IMG/VR virus record: IMGVR_UViG_3300048914_000231
Span: 50,063-114,062 of that record
Reading direction: 5' to 3' (one strand)
Source of the DNA: a virus
DNA length: 64,000 bases
Below, one piece after another: positions 45,760 to 54,927 of the stretch. Under the pieces are notes generated by a model, which saw only the letters and a list, made by a program, of their open reading frames with translations, did not search any database and had not been told where the DNA came from. Each line of letters starts with the position of its first letter. Within the stretch, counting starts at the first letter, position 1. Made by a program: the position numbers and the translations under genes.

Positions 45760-45993
45760 TCACAGTCCTGCGAACACGTCAGCCGGCACGCCCTGTCGCC
45801 TGATCTGGCTGATCCAGTTTTTGGTCGCGCGCGGATCGGACGGCGTGATCGACAGGGTCAGTTTCATCCCGCCATCCGGCGCCACGATGCGCTTGTGCCG
45901 GCCGCCAGTATGAATGGTCCAGCCGCGGTCCAGCAGCCGGCGCACCACCTTGTTGGCGATCTCGCAGCTGGAAATGAACTGTCGCTTAGCCAT
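45760..45993 (-). CDS. HicA-like dsRBD-fold protein
   Basis: LLDRGW....GGRH.....PDG...TPSD. Confidence 0.75.
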   Translation of the reverse strand: MAKRQFISSCEIANKVVRRLLDRGWTIHTGGRHKRIVAPDGGMKLTLSITPSDPRATKNWISQIRRQGVPADVFAGL

Positions 45994-46291
45994 GACCCGC
46001 CTCCTCTTTCTCGCACTCGGCGATCATCCAGTCCAGCCACTGCAGGCGCGCTTCACGAAAATCACCCCGGTATCCGCCGCCGCGTGCGAAGTGACGGGGA
46101 TGATGGATCATCAGCCAGGTTGTGTAGGAGCTCGGCCCATCCATCATTCCCGTGATCCAGTCGATCAGCGCTTTGCGTCGCGCGGCGGGAACGCGCACGA
46201 TCGCAATGGCGTGACAGATCATGATGCGCCTTCCGCTTACAATGAGCTTGCGGGCGCGGCGCAGAATATCGCTGTCATTGACGTCAGCCAT
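45986..46291 (-). CDS. Hypothetical protein (paralog of 46284-46604)
   Basis: D..L.R.R.LI...ICHAI...Y..W...R. Confidence 0.7.
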   Translation of the reverse strand: MADVNDSDILRRARKLIVSGRRIMICHAIAIVRVPAARRKALIDWITGMMDGPSSYTTWLMIHHPRHFARGGGYRGDFREARLQWLDWMIAECEKEEAGHG

Positions 46292-46604
46292 GAGCCACCT
46301 CCCTGATCAGCTGGTCGATCAGCTTCAGACGCCCGCGCTTTTGCCAGCCCAGGCCGGACTTCTCGATGCCGGGGTCGGTCTGCGCCATCGCCCACAGGCT
46401 GTAGTAGGCGTAAGGGTCGATGATGTCACGCACCTTGTAAACAAAGTCCGTGATCTGCTGCGGCGTGCCGAACTGCCGGCCAACGACCTCGATGGCGTTG
46501 CAGATGAAGCGCTCGTCATCGCGCTCGATCATGGCGCGCACCTTCTGCAGGAATTCGACATCGGTGACGCTCTGGCGCGCCAGTGGTTTTGCGAGCGTCA
46601 CCAT
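46284..46604 (-). CDS. Hypothetical protein
   Basis: ICNAI...Y..W...R. Confidence 0.7.
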   Translation of the reverse strand: MVTLAKPLARQSVTDVEFLQKVRAMIERDDERFICNAIEVVGRQFGTPQQITDFVYKVRDIIDPYAYYSLWAMAQTDPGIEKSGLGWQKRGRLKLIDQLIREVAHG

Positions 46605-47029
46605 GCTGCGTCTCCGTCAAAGCCAGGCAGGACGATCATCGAGTCGGGCAGGTCCGGGTTGATCGGCTTGAGCGTGTTGCCTTCCTCGACGAACTTGCCG
46701 CCGTTGCTGTGCGATTCGGTCCACGAGGTCAGAAACTCCTCGTAGTGCGCGATCGCCTCTGCCTCGTTGCGGTGCCAGGTCTCGCCGTTCAGGGCGTCGC
46801 GCACCATTTCGCCGTTCTCCAGGTAGTTGTGGACGGTCATCCTGAATACCTTCTTGTAGGCTTCGAAGACGTTCTGCACGCCGTCGATCTTGCCGTACCA
46901 TTCCACCTCCACGTGCACGCGGCCGTTGTCATAGCGCCTGACCGAAACATAAGCCGCGTCCTGACGTAGTTCGATCCAGCGTTCGCGCCTGATATCATTG
47001 TCCTTGCGGTCCAAATATTGTGTTGCCAT
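46598..47029 (-). CDS. Hypothetical protein
   Basis: 143 aa, good RBS. Confidence 0.75.
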   Translation of the reverse strand: MATQYLDRKDNDIRRERWIELRQDAAYVSVRRYDNGRVHVEVEWYGKIDGVQNVFEAYKKVFRMTVHNYLENGEMVRDALNGETWHRNEAEAIAHYEEFLTSWTESHSNGGKFVEEGNTLKPINPDLPDSMIVLPGFDGDAAW

Positions 47030-47107
47030 GTTGTTTTCCCTTCGTGGTATTACGTCGCACTGTGCGACAAACGCTATTGTGCACAGTGCGACATGGAGCA
47101 GAGCAGG

Positions 47108-47473
47108 CTATCGCAGTTCCACCAGCTTGATTTCGTTATTTTCAAACGGCACCTGGCCGCCGTTGTACATGTGTTTGCCAAATACCATCATCAGGTGCCA
47201 CAACGTGTCGGTCACGGTGTCACCGGCGTTCAGGACGGGCGGGCGCACCTTGGCGGGAAACTGCCAGTAGTAGGCCTTCAGGATGTCGGCGCCGAACCTG
47301 GTCAGGACCGCCGAGACTTCGCTGTTGGTGTTGATGGTCAGTGGCAAAACGTACATGTTGACCGGAGTGTGTTCGGCCTGCATGTGCTCGCCATTCAATA
47401 CTTCCAGCTCTGCATGCAGGCCATCGCCATCTGCGTCAAAAGTGATATGAGCCCTTGCGACAGGTTCTGTCAT
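47108..47473 (-). CDS. Hypothetical protein
   Basis: Start MTEPVA; LWHLMMVFG...PFE motif. Confidence 0.65.
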   Translation of the reverse strand: MTEPVARAHITFDADGDGLHAELEVLNGEHMQAEHTPVNMYVLPLTINTNSEVSAVLTRFGADILKAYYWQFPAKVRPPVLNAGDTVTDTLWHLMMVFGKHMYNGGQVPFENNEIKLVELR

Positions 47474-47889
47474 GCTTTCTCTCCTTGCTCGCGCCACCTG
47501 GCGCAGATTTGCACGACGCGCTTGCACATTTCGACGTCGAACATGCCGATGTGGCAGTCCTTCGCCTCGATACCAAGTTCCCGGGCCAGCTTGGCGTACA
47601 TGACGCTGCGCAGGCTGCGCTCGCCGCCTCTCCAGAACGGATCGAACACGGTATGCGCATTGCCTTTCCACATGCGCAGATGGGCATTGGCCAGGCGCCC
47701 GAGCGGCTCTGTGCCGTCGCCACGCGCGTATCCAGAGCCGCTGCCGGCCTTGTGGCAGCCAACATAGGCGTCGCAGGGCTGGCACTGCCAGAAATTCAGC
47801 TTGTACAGGTCGGGCCGGTGCGGATAGATCGCGGCGCCGGGAACAAGGCGCGCGGGCTGGTTGCAGTAGGGGCAGATTGGCGTGGTCAT
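47470..47889 (-). CDS. DUF3268-like zinc-finger protein
   Basis: CPYC, C..CDAYVGCH, PLGRLA, FDPFW, CHIGMFD. Confidence 0.85.
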   Translation of the reverse strand: MTTPICPYCNQPARLVPGAAIYPHRPDLYKLNFWQCQPCDAYVGCHKAGSGSGYARGDGTEPLGRLANAHLRMWKGNAHTVFDPFWRGGERSLRSVMYAKLARELGIEAKDCHIGMFDVEMCKRVVQICARWREQGEKA

Positions 47890-48233
47890 GCCCACTCCGG
47901 TTTCTCGACGACGCCACGCCATTTGGCGTGACACTTTTCGTATAAAAGGATACTTCGATCTTCCATGCGCTCGGCAAGGTACGTGGTGCCTTCGGCCCTG
48001 CGCCAGTAACCGTCCTTCCACAGCGCATACCGCGGACTATTCCAGTGGTCCGTCACGACCTGATAGACGCCATCGACCGTCGGGTTGATGCCAATATCGA
48101 ACCATTCGGTCGGCGTCAAGCGCAGGTGTGAAAATTGATCGGCGTATTTCTTGTTGAATTCTGCGAACGCCTTCTTTTCCTCGTTCGTCGGCGCGCGACC
48201 AACGGCATTGAACACTTCCTGCAGCCGGCTCAT
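47886..48233 (-). CDS. Trp-rich family protein 1
   Basis: EWF...NP..DGVY...W.DG.W...WRGV.E.P. Confidence 0.7.
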   Translation of the reverse strand: MSRLQEVFNAVGRAPTNEEKKAFAEFNKKYADQFSHLRLTPTEWFDIGINPTVDGVYQVVTDHWNSPRYALWKDGYWRRAEGTTYLAERMEDRSILLYEKCHAKWRGVVEKPEWA

Positions 48234-48496
48234 GCCAACTCCGGATTTTCTACCAGGCCGCGCCAGCCGTTGTACCAGCCTGGAATTAAGCCCCAAGTGT
48301 GACCATTCTCCATTCTGGACAGTAGCTCGGCGTAACCTACGCTGAATGCTGCGCCGCACCAGTGCGCACCATTCCAGAAGCAATAGAAGGACTGGTCCTC
48401 ATAATGGTTTTCCGGGCCAGGTCGTAATTCATACACGCCAATAATCGACGGATTCACGTTAAGGCCAAACCAGTCCGTGACAGTTTTGTTTTTCAT
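48230..48496 (-). CDS. Trp-rich family protein 2
   Basis: DWF...NP...GVY...WNG..W...WRGL.E.P. Confidence 0.7.
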   Translation of the reverse strand: MKNKTVTDWFGLNVNPSIIGVYELRPGPENHYEDQSFYCFWNGAHWCGAAFSVGYAELLSRMENGHTWGLIPGWYNGWRGLVENPELA

Positions 48497-49011
48497 GCTT
48501 TCATCCTTGCGGTCAAATCGGCGAACCGTTCCAGTGAAACACCAAGTTCCCTGAGCCAGTGCTTGAAATAGAAGTGCAGTTCCTTTGCGCGCGGGTGCGT
48601 GTCGGCGTGGTAGGTCAGGAAGTCCGCGTAGTTCTGCACTTTGTCGGCAACCAGCATGTCACGCACCTCGGCGAGCGGGCCGGGCGTGGCCGATTTACCG
48701 GCCCAGGCCGGGCTGGAGCCACGCAGCATGATCACGCGGTCCGACAGCGATTCATTGGCGCGTGCCCGGTATTCCATCACCAACATCATCACGTAGGGGT
48801 TGAATTCGCCCACGCGCGGCAGGTTGGTGATCAGGTCGGCGTCGGCCTGGAACATCGGGTGCAGGCAGAACGCGTCGCGCGCCGCCCGGGTTGCGCCAAT
48901 GCAGTCCAGAACCGTCAGGCCTTCGACGATATGGTTGATCAGAAGGACGCCGCTGCGCTGGGCACGGCGCTCGCCGTAGAATGCGGCGATGGCATTGAAA
49001 GCGACGCTCAT
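48493..49011 (-). CDS. Conserved-looking phage protein, HD-like
   Basis: RSGV..INHI.EGL, FCLHP, MLVADKVQN. Confidence 0.7.
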   Translation of the reverse strand: MSVAFNAIAAFYGERRAQRSGVLLINHIVEGLTVLDCIGATRAARDAFCLHPMFQADADLITNLPRVGEFNPYVMMLVMEYRARANESLSDRVIMLRGSSPAWAGKSATPGPLAEVRDMLVADKVQNYADFLTYHADTHPRAKELHFYFKHWLRELGVSLERFADLTARMKA

Positions 49012-49283
49012 TACATTTTCTCCAGCGGGCCGGGCGGGAACGGGTAGTGCGGCTTTTCGATCAGACCGCGCCACCGAATGCTCGTCTGTCGTTCCGGCGC
49101 CTTCGTGCGACGTCGGGCCTGCTGTTGAACTTCGCTGTTATAGTCCGACCAGTATGCTGAGGACCAGTATTCGCCATTCCACCAGCGACGCACGAACATG
49201 TCACGCGATACGCTGGCGTTATACTCGCCGATCATCGGCGGCTTTTTTCTGGACCAGTCGGTCATCTTGGGCTGCTTTGCCAT
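49011..49283 (-). CDS. Trp-rich family protein 3
   Basis: DW...P..GEY...WNG..W...WRGL.E.P. Confidence 0.7.
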   Translation of the reverse strand: MAKQPKMTDWSRKKPPMIGEYNASVSRDMFVRRWWNGEYWSSAYWSDYNSEVQQQARRRTKAPERQTSIRWRGLIEKPHYPFPPGPLEKM

Positions 49284-49336
49284 ATATCTCTCCCTGTTGT
49301 TAAGTCTCAAGTTTAAACGGGCGCACGCGGCGCCCG

Positions 49337-50080
49337 TCAGGATGCGACAGGTTCCGCACGCACTGTCCAGCCCTTGTGTTTCTCTTGTTCGCCCCTGGCG
49401 ACGCGCATCATGGCGCAGGCGTGAATGTCACGCGTGGCGCAGAAATGTTTCATGCTTGTGGCGACATGCTCAGTGCCGTCCGGGGCCGTGATCAGGTATC
49501 GGAACTTCACCTTTGCGGCGCGCTGCAGTTCCTTGGCCTCGTCGGTGTGACCTTTCCCAAGGAAGGCCGTCCTGGCGCGCTCCCGGTATGCTTCGCGCTT
49601 TTCGTCGGACCAGCAGGCCCGGCTGCTTTCGCTGACTCGCGCCCTCTCCTCGTCGGTCAACGGCCTGCGCCTCTTGCCCTTCGTCGCGGCGCTGATATTC
49701 GCGCGGTGCTCCTCGGTGAACGGGCCGCGCTTCTTGCCGCGTGCGGCCGCGGCTATCTTCTCCTTGGCTTCCTCGCTGAACTTGACGCCGAGCGTGCTGC
49801 CGGCCGTCTTGGCGATGTTGTAGAAGGGGTCGAGCCGATCCATGTGGCGCTGCTCCGCGGCGATCAGATCATCCTTTTCGACAAGCTCCACCACTTCGAA
49901 CAGAAATGCCGATTCGCCGTATTTGTTGAAGGCGGCCTGCAGCTTCCGGTTGCGGTGCTTGCCATTTCGAAGCTGCGACAGATGAATGTTCTTCCGCTTC
50001 CGGAGATTCACGGCGCTACCGATGTATTGCCGTGAATTCACCGCATTGGTGATGGAATAAATTCCACTCGCGTCGATCAT
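49337..50080 (-). CDS. GIY-YIG homing endonuclease with NUMOD3 repeats
   Basis: GIYSITN..N...YIGSA, YNI..TAGS.LG. Confidence 0.93.
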   Translation of the reverse strand: MIDASGIYSITNAVNSRQYIGSAVNLRKRKNIHLSQLRNGKHRNRKLQAAFNKYGESAFLFEVVELVEKDDLIAAEQRHMDRLDPFYNIAKTAGSTLGVKFSEEAKEKIAAAARGKKRGPFTEEHRANISAATKGKRRRPLTDEERARVSESSRACWSDEKREAYRERARTAFLGKGHTDEAKELQRAAKVKFRYLITAPDGTEHVATSMKHFCATRDIHACAMMRVARGEQEKHKGWTVRAEPVAS

Positions 50081-50635
50081 TTACGCTGCAGCCTTCATGC
50101 CTGGAAGCTGGTAAAAGCCGCGATCAAGACCCTGGAAGAAGCACTGCATCATGACGTGGACGTCATACTCAGCGGCGTGTGCGAGAGCGGGATCGTAAGG
50201 AATCCCAAGAGCAAACGCCAGCTCCATCAGCTTCGGGCTCTTGCCGTCCATCGTGGCCCAGCGGCCCTGCTCCATCGTGCACATGGTGCCGGCAGGGCCA
50301 AACGACAGGCCGACACGCGCCAGCTCGGCGCTCAGAAACGGCTCGTCAAAGGCGCGGTTGTGGATGATCACGTAGTCGCACCCGGCCAGGCGGCGCGCAA
50401 CATGCGGCGCGACCGCGTCCCATTTCGGCTGGCCCGCCAGCTCGGCATAGGTAATGCCGTGCACCGCCTGCGCTTTCGGATCGATCGGGCGCTCCGGGTC
50501 GATGCGATGCACAAAGCGATCCACCAGCGTGCGCGTATGCAGGTCGTACGTCAGCAGCGCCACTTCGATGATGCGGTGACCGGTCGACTGGTCCAGACCG
50601 GTCGTTTCAAGGTCCAACCCTGCGATTAACGGCAT
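50081..50635 (-). CDS. DnaQ-like 3'-5' exonuclease
   Basis: DLETTG, HN..FD, H.A.YD (DEDDh). Confidence 0.92.
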   Translation of the reverse strand: MPLIAGLDLETTGLDQSTGHRIIEVALLTYDLHTRTLVDRFVHRIDPERPIDPKAQAVHGITYAELAGQPKWDAVAPHVARRLAGCDYVIIHNRAFDEPFLSAELARVGLSFGPAGTMCTMEQGRWATMDGKSPKLMELAFALGIPYDPALAHAAEYDVHVMMQCFFQGLDRGFYQLPGMKAAA

Positions 50636-50645
50636 GAGCTTCTCC

Positions 50646-51176
50646 TTAGCGCGGACGCTGCGCGCGCGTGGTCGGGCCGCCAGGGCGTTTCTCGGCCGGC
50701 GCCGCGATAACCGGTGCCATTCTTGCGGCCACACCCGGCCCGACAACTTCCAGACGCTGGGCGGCAACGAAACCGGTGTCGCTGAACGTGCCTTCTTCCT
50801 TCTGTTTGGCAGTCTGCTTCGGCTGCACGTTGTAGTAGACGCAGCCATTGATGAAGGTCGAGCGCTGCACCGTGATGCCAACCAGCCCGGTGACGACATC
50901 CTCGACTTCGTTGCCAAGCTCGATGGTTTGCGGCGCAGCCGGGGTCACGCGATCGGCCGCGCCGTCGGCCACGAAATCCAGCTGCGGCAGGTCGATCGAC
51001 AGGGCCGTCGGGATCGCCAGCGAATCGCCGGTATTCGTCGTGCCTTCCGGCAATTGCGGCTGCACCGCCAGCTGCACGCTGCCGGACAGCATTTCGATGT
51101 ATTGTGTTGCCATGCCGGTGAAGCCGGTGGCGATGTCGCGAACAATGTTGCCAAGTTGTGGCACTTTACGTTTCAT
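50646..51176 (-). CDS. Hypothetical protein with tandem duplicated domain
   Basis: LGN.V.D..TG..G.....G....VQP twice. Confidence 0.75.
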   Translation of the reverse strand: MKRKVPQLGNIVRDIATGFTGMATQYIEMLSGSVQLAVQPQLPEGTTNTGDSLAIPTALSIDLPQLDFVADGAADRVTPAAPQTIELGNEVEDVVTGLVGITVQRSTFINGCVYYNVQPKQTAKQKEEGTFSDTGFVAAQRLEVVGPGVAARMAPVIAAPAEKRPGGPTTRAQRPR

Positions 51177-51264
51177 GAATTTTCTCCCTTGACGATCAGT
51201 CACGTCTGATCTATTCGAACATTGTACGGGCGCCCGTCAGGACGGGCAACCCGTGAAGCTGGCG

Positions 51265-51690
51265 TTATTCGCCCAGACCGGCCAGGACGTCGTCCAGCGG
51301 GTCGGCCGCCGGCGCTTTTGCGACCTGGTCGGGCTTCGGTTCCGGTTGCGCAGTGCGCTTCGAACCCTTGTCGGCACGCGGCTTGCGCTGTTTGGTTGCA
51401 TCGGCGGAACCCTTGCGCGGGCGGCCGACCGGATTGACCGCCTTGTTCAGCAGCGTGCGCAGCGCGTCGGCGTGCCTGACGATGAAGGCCGGCAGGTCGG
51501 CCAGGTCGAGGAAGATGCCGGAAGTGATCGGATCGTTGCTCGCGTCCAGGAAAAAGGCGGCGTTCGGATCGATACCGTTGACGAACTCCTCGACCAGCGG
51601 CGTGGTGCGCAGTTCGACGTTCTTGGCGTCGCATGCCTTTTGGGTTTCGTGCAGCGAACCGTCGTTCGCCTTGTACATCGTGACTTTCAT
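51265..51690 (-). CDS. Hypothetical protein with AT-hook-like GRPRK
   Basis: YKANDG.L, GRPRK, RKPRADKG. Confidence 0.7.
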   Translation of the reverse strand: MKVTMYKANDGSLHETQKACDAKNVELRTTPLVEEFVNGIDPNAAFFLDASNDPITSGIFLDLADLPAFIVRHADALRTLLNKAVNPVGRPRKGSADATKQRKPRADKGSKRTAQPEPKPDQVAKAPAADPLDDVLAGLGE

Positions 51691-51735
51691 GGATTCTCCA
51701 GTGAGGTGAGGGCCGGCGGGTGCCGGCCTGGTAAA

Positions 51736-52038
51736 TCAGGCGACGCGCCTGTCTTCGGCGCCGATGATCGGCTTGTTCGACAGGCGGTAATGCTGGCGGC
51801 GGTCGCCCATCAGGTCGCGCAGGTCGCGAATGCTCATGCCGGTGAGCTCATGCATGCGGATCAGCATCGAGGCACCGATCGGCAGGTGGTGGTGACGGAT
51901 CTTGCTGATCACCGGAGGAGCGACTTCCAGCATGCGCGACAGCGCGGCATCGTTCTTCAGCTGCATCCTGGCGAGCAGGATGTCCAGCAGGTGGTTCGGG
52001 TTATAGGTATCCGGCAGTTCGACCTTCGTGTTGGCCAT
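51736..52038 (-). CDS. XRE-type HTH regulator of a family I associate with Oxalobacteraceae
   Basis: YNPNHLLD...LKNDAALSR.LEVAPPVISKIRH...GASMLIRMHE...LMGDRR. Confidence 0.85.
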   Translation of the reverse strand: MANTKVELPDTYNPNHLLDILLARMQLKNDAALSRMLEVAPPVISKIRHHHLPIGASMLIRMHELTGMSIRDLRDLMGDRRQHYRLSNKPIIGAEDRRVA

Positions 52039-52108
52039 GTTTTCTCCGTTATAAATTGGTTTCTAGTCAGTGCTGACTGATCACATTATAGCTTAAACGA
52101 AATGAAAT

Positions 52109-52333
52109 TTACGCGGCGCGCAGCGTCTTCCTGTTGTAATGCCGGCGAATCACGTAACCGCGCAGGATCGACGCCACCGTGAACATGCCGGTCAGCGTCA
52201 GGTTCTGCGCCAGATGGACCGGCGCGTGCACGATCAGCGGCACCACGAACATGTTCAGCAGGGTGGAAATGAAAAAGCCGACGAGCGTGCTGACCAGCGT
52301 CTCGTGCAGGCTGTGACGACGGGATTGGCTCAT
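52109..52333 (-). CDS. Small two-TM membrane protein
   Basis: MSQSRRHSL.E...G...FTVASI.R.Y..RR. Confidence 0.75.
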   Translation of the reverse strand: MSQSRRHSLHETLVSTLVGFFISTLLNMFVVPLIVHAPVHLAQNLTLTGMFTVASILRGYVIRRHYNRKTLRAA

Positions 52334-52539
52334 GTCTCTTGCTCCTCTTCGAACAGCTGCCAGTTGGCGATCATGATGGAGGAACCGCACGGCAGGTTGG
52401 TGCTCACGTTCAGGATTTGGGCCTCCATGCTTTCAATATCGGCGATACAGGTGATTGGCCGGTTGCGTACCATTTCGCAACGTCCGCATCCACTTGTGCC
52501 TTCCCTGTTCAACCATTGATAAAATACAAAATATCTCAT
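52330..52539 (-). CDS. Small hypothetical protein
   Basis: ATGA-coupled; MRYFVFY. Confidence 0.55.
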   Translation of the reverse strand: MRYFVFYQWLNREGTSGCGRCEMVRNRPITCIADIESMEAQILNVSTNLPCGSSIMIANWQLFEEEQET

Positions 52540-52838
52540 CGATCCTCCATGTTGCAAATGTTGTCGTACTCATCGAACACGCGGCGCGATTCGCGATTGA
52601 TCAGCGCAGCGTCAAAACCCGCCACCGGGCGCCCGTTAACATAGTCGGGCATGCGCGCGCTGGCGCTGTGACCGAACGTCTGGCGCTTGCCTGGCTTCTT
52701 TGGCGTGCGCCCGCCGTTCTTGCGCTTGGCGGTGCGGCTGCAAAAGTCGCTGCACCATCGGGATTTCGGCTTGTCGCGATCCGAGTTGTGCACCCGATAC
52801 GCGCCGCCACAGTGCTCACAACGGCAGGTAATCATCAT
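52536..52838 (-). CDS. Zn-finger hypothetical protein
   Basis: CEHC...WCSDFC. Confidence 0.6.
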   Translation of the reverse strand: MMITCRCEHCGGAYRVHNSDRDKPKSRWCSDFCSRTAKRKNGGRTPKKPGKRQTFGHSASARMPDYVNGRPVAGFDAALINRESRRVFDEYDNICNMEDR

Positions 52839-52903
52839 CTGGTCCTGAAACGAAAGCGCCCTTCGGACGCATGGCGCGCGAAGGGCTATTGTCCGGCTGC
52901 CGG

Positions 52904-54037
52904 TCAGAAGGCGTCGTAGTTGAAGTGCATCGACTTCGGCACCTGACGTTTGAACTGCAGCGTGTAGCCGGGGTGCTCGGTGTTGTAGACAAACACGTCG
53001 TTGTCCATGTCGTACTTGACCATCAGGTCGTTGTTGATATGGACTTCCAGGTTTTCCGTCAGGTCGTTCGGATCGGTGGACACCCTGCGCTCGCCGGTTT
53101 CCGGGTCGCGGTGAATTGGCGGGTACAGGTCGAGCATGTAGCCATTCTTGGCCATCGGGCTGGCGTTGATGGTGTCATCCTGGCCGGCGCGCACGTTCAG
53201 GCGTTTTTCGCCACGATACAGGTGCACCTCGTAGATGCCGCCGCCGCTCGACATCGGCTTCATGTTCAGCATCTTCATCGCCTGGGTGGCGTTTTCGCCG
53301 TAGCGGTTCATTTCCTCGACCAGCGCCTGCAGCATGTCGAAGGAGAATTCCCAGAAGAATTGCGATGCCACGATCACGCCGACATAGTCCGACTTCTTGA
53401 TCAGCTTGTCGTCGCAGTATTCCTTGATGAAGTCCTTGTCCAGGCCCTTGAAGTCCAGCGCGTAGTACATGCGGCCGGGCCGGTTCGTGATGTAGCGGTT
53501 GACCTTGCCGAATTCGTTGGCAGTCAGGATGTACAGCTTGCGCGACGAGAACGTGCCGTCCAGCAGGGTCAGCAGCCTGTTCTGCCCGTCGATGTCGTAC
53601 ACCTTTTCGAATTCGTCAAAGAGCACGATGGACGGCTGCTCGATGGCGGCGAGGAAGTTGTTGAAGTCGTCGCCGGTGTAAGCCTGGTTGACCACCAGCG
53701 TGATCACGTCGTGGTTCTTCATGGCCAGTTCCGACACGCGCTTGGACAGCATGGTCTTGCCCGAGCCGGCGGTGCCGGTCAGCAGTACGCCGGTACTGCG
53801 CTCACGGCTCATGAACGTGGTCAGAATACGCTCGGCCTGCTCGTTGGTGTGGCCGTACAGCTTGGCCGGCGTCGTGAAGTTTTCCATGCGCTCCAGGTAG
53901 AAGCCGCGCAGCGGGTGGAATGCAACCCGGTACGTGCCGCCCGGCAGGCGGTTCAGCATGTCCAGATTTTCCTTCTTGCCGATGGTGAATTCGCTACCAT
54001 CGCGGAAAAATACGCTCTTGTTGTCGGAAACGTTCAT
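52904..54037 (-). CDS. AAA+ ATPase
   Basis: GTAGSGKT, LFDEFEK, TAN, NRPGR. Confidence 0.92.
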   Translation of the reverse strand: MNVSDNKSVFFRDGSEFTIGKKENLDMLNRLPGGTYRVAFHPLRGFYLERMENFTTPAKLYGHTNEQAERILTTFMSRERSTGVLLTGTAGSGKTMLSKRVSELAMKNHDVITLVVNQAYTGDDFNNFLAAIEQPSIVLFDEFEKVYDIDGQNRLLTLLDGTFSSRKLYILTANEFGKVNRYITNRPGRMYYALDFKGLDKDFIKEYCDDKLIKKSDYVGVIVASQFFWEFSFDMLQALVEEMNRYGENATQAMKMLNMKPMSSGGGIYEVHLYRGEKRLNVRAGQDDTINASPMAKNGYMLDLYPPIHRDPETGERRVSTDPNDLTENLEVHINNDLMVKYDMDNDVFVYNTEHPGYTLQFKRQVPKSMHFNYDAF

Positions 54038-54124
54038 TGGTTCTCCAGTTGATTGATAAGTCAGTAATGACGTTGTGTCATGTAGTGTATTGTGCGCGCC
54101 CGAACCTGGCGCGCACACGGACTG

Positions 54125-54673
54125 TTACCCGGATTTGTTCTTTGCCGCGGGCCTGAACAGCGGGTCGGCGCCGATGTAGATGGCTTCCGGGGCCTCCGGC
54201 CACTCGCGGCGCAGGACCTCGAACTCGCCTTCGTTCCAGAGACGCAGGAACTGCAGCTTGTCGTAGTCGTTGTCGTCGTTGTCGCGGTCGAGCACATGGT
54301 TGATGACTGTCACAGCCGCGTCGACCGGCCACTTTTCCTCGATCCCTTCGACCGTGACGTCGATCTTGTTGGCTTCGGCACCGCGCACGAAGAACCGGGT
54401 CTGTTTGCCATTGCGCAGCCTGACCGAGAAGGCGATCTTCTCCCAGCCATTTTGCGCCTGGCGAACGTCGATGGTCCGGATGATCAGTTCGGTGCCGGCC
54501 GGCAGCATGGCAGGCCAGGTCGGGTTGGTGTGCGCTGGTGCCCGGATGCGCGCGGCCGGCGCCGCCTTCAGTTCCCTGATCAGCGGCTCGTTTTGGGAGT
54601 CGTCCGGCAGGTTGAAATGCCAGTTCTGGGTCAGGACCATCTTCGTACCAAGCGGCGGGATGAAGACTTTCAT
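54125..54673 (-). CDS. Hypothetical protein
   Basis: IPPLGT...W.F.L; C-terminal WNEGEF...WPEAP...GADPL. Confidence 0.7.
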   Translation of the reverse strand: MKVFIPPLGTKMVLTQNWHFNLPDDSQNEPLIRELKAAPAARIRAPAHTNPTWPAMLPAGTELIIRTIDVRQAQNGWEKIAFSVRLRNGKQTRFFVRGAEANKIDVTVEGIEEKWPVDAAVTVINHVLDRDNDDNDYDKLQFLRLWNEGEFEVLRREWPEAPEAIYIGADPLFRPAAKNKSG

Positions 54674-54912
54674 ACGCTTCTCCGCAGCTGAATCTGGTCA
54701 ATGACGATGGCCTGGCCCTGCAGGCTTTCGACCAGTTCCTTCAGGCGCTCCGGCTGATACACGGCCAGAACTTCCGGTGTCGTGTCCTCGTTGCGAACGC
54801 GCACCTCGATGCCGGCGTCATTCAGCGCCTTCATGATCAGCATGGCGATCGTGCTCTTGCCGGTCTTGGCCTGGCCGAAGATGGTGATGGTGGGTGGATT
54901 CAGGGTGCTCAT
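54670..54912 (-). CDS. Minimal P-loop protein
   Basis: GQAKTGKST in 80 aa. Confidence 0.65.
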   Translation of the reverse strand: MSTLNPPTITIFGQAKTGKSTIAMLIMKALNDAGIEVRVRNEDTTPEVLAVYQPERLKELVESLQGQAIVIDQIQLRRSV

Positions 54913-54927
54913 GATGTTCTCCTTCGG

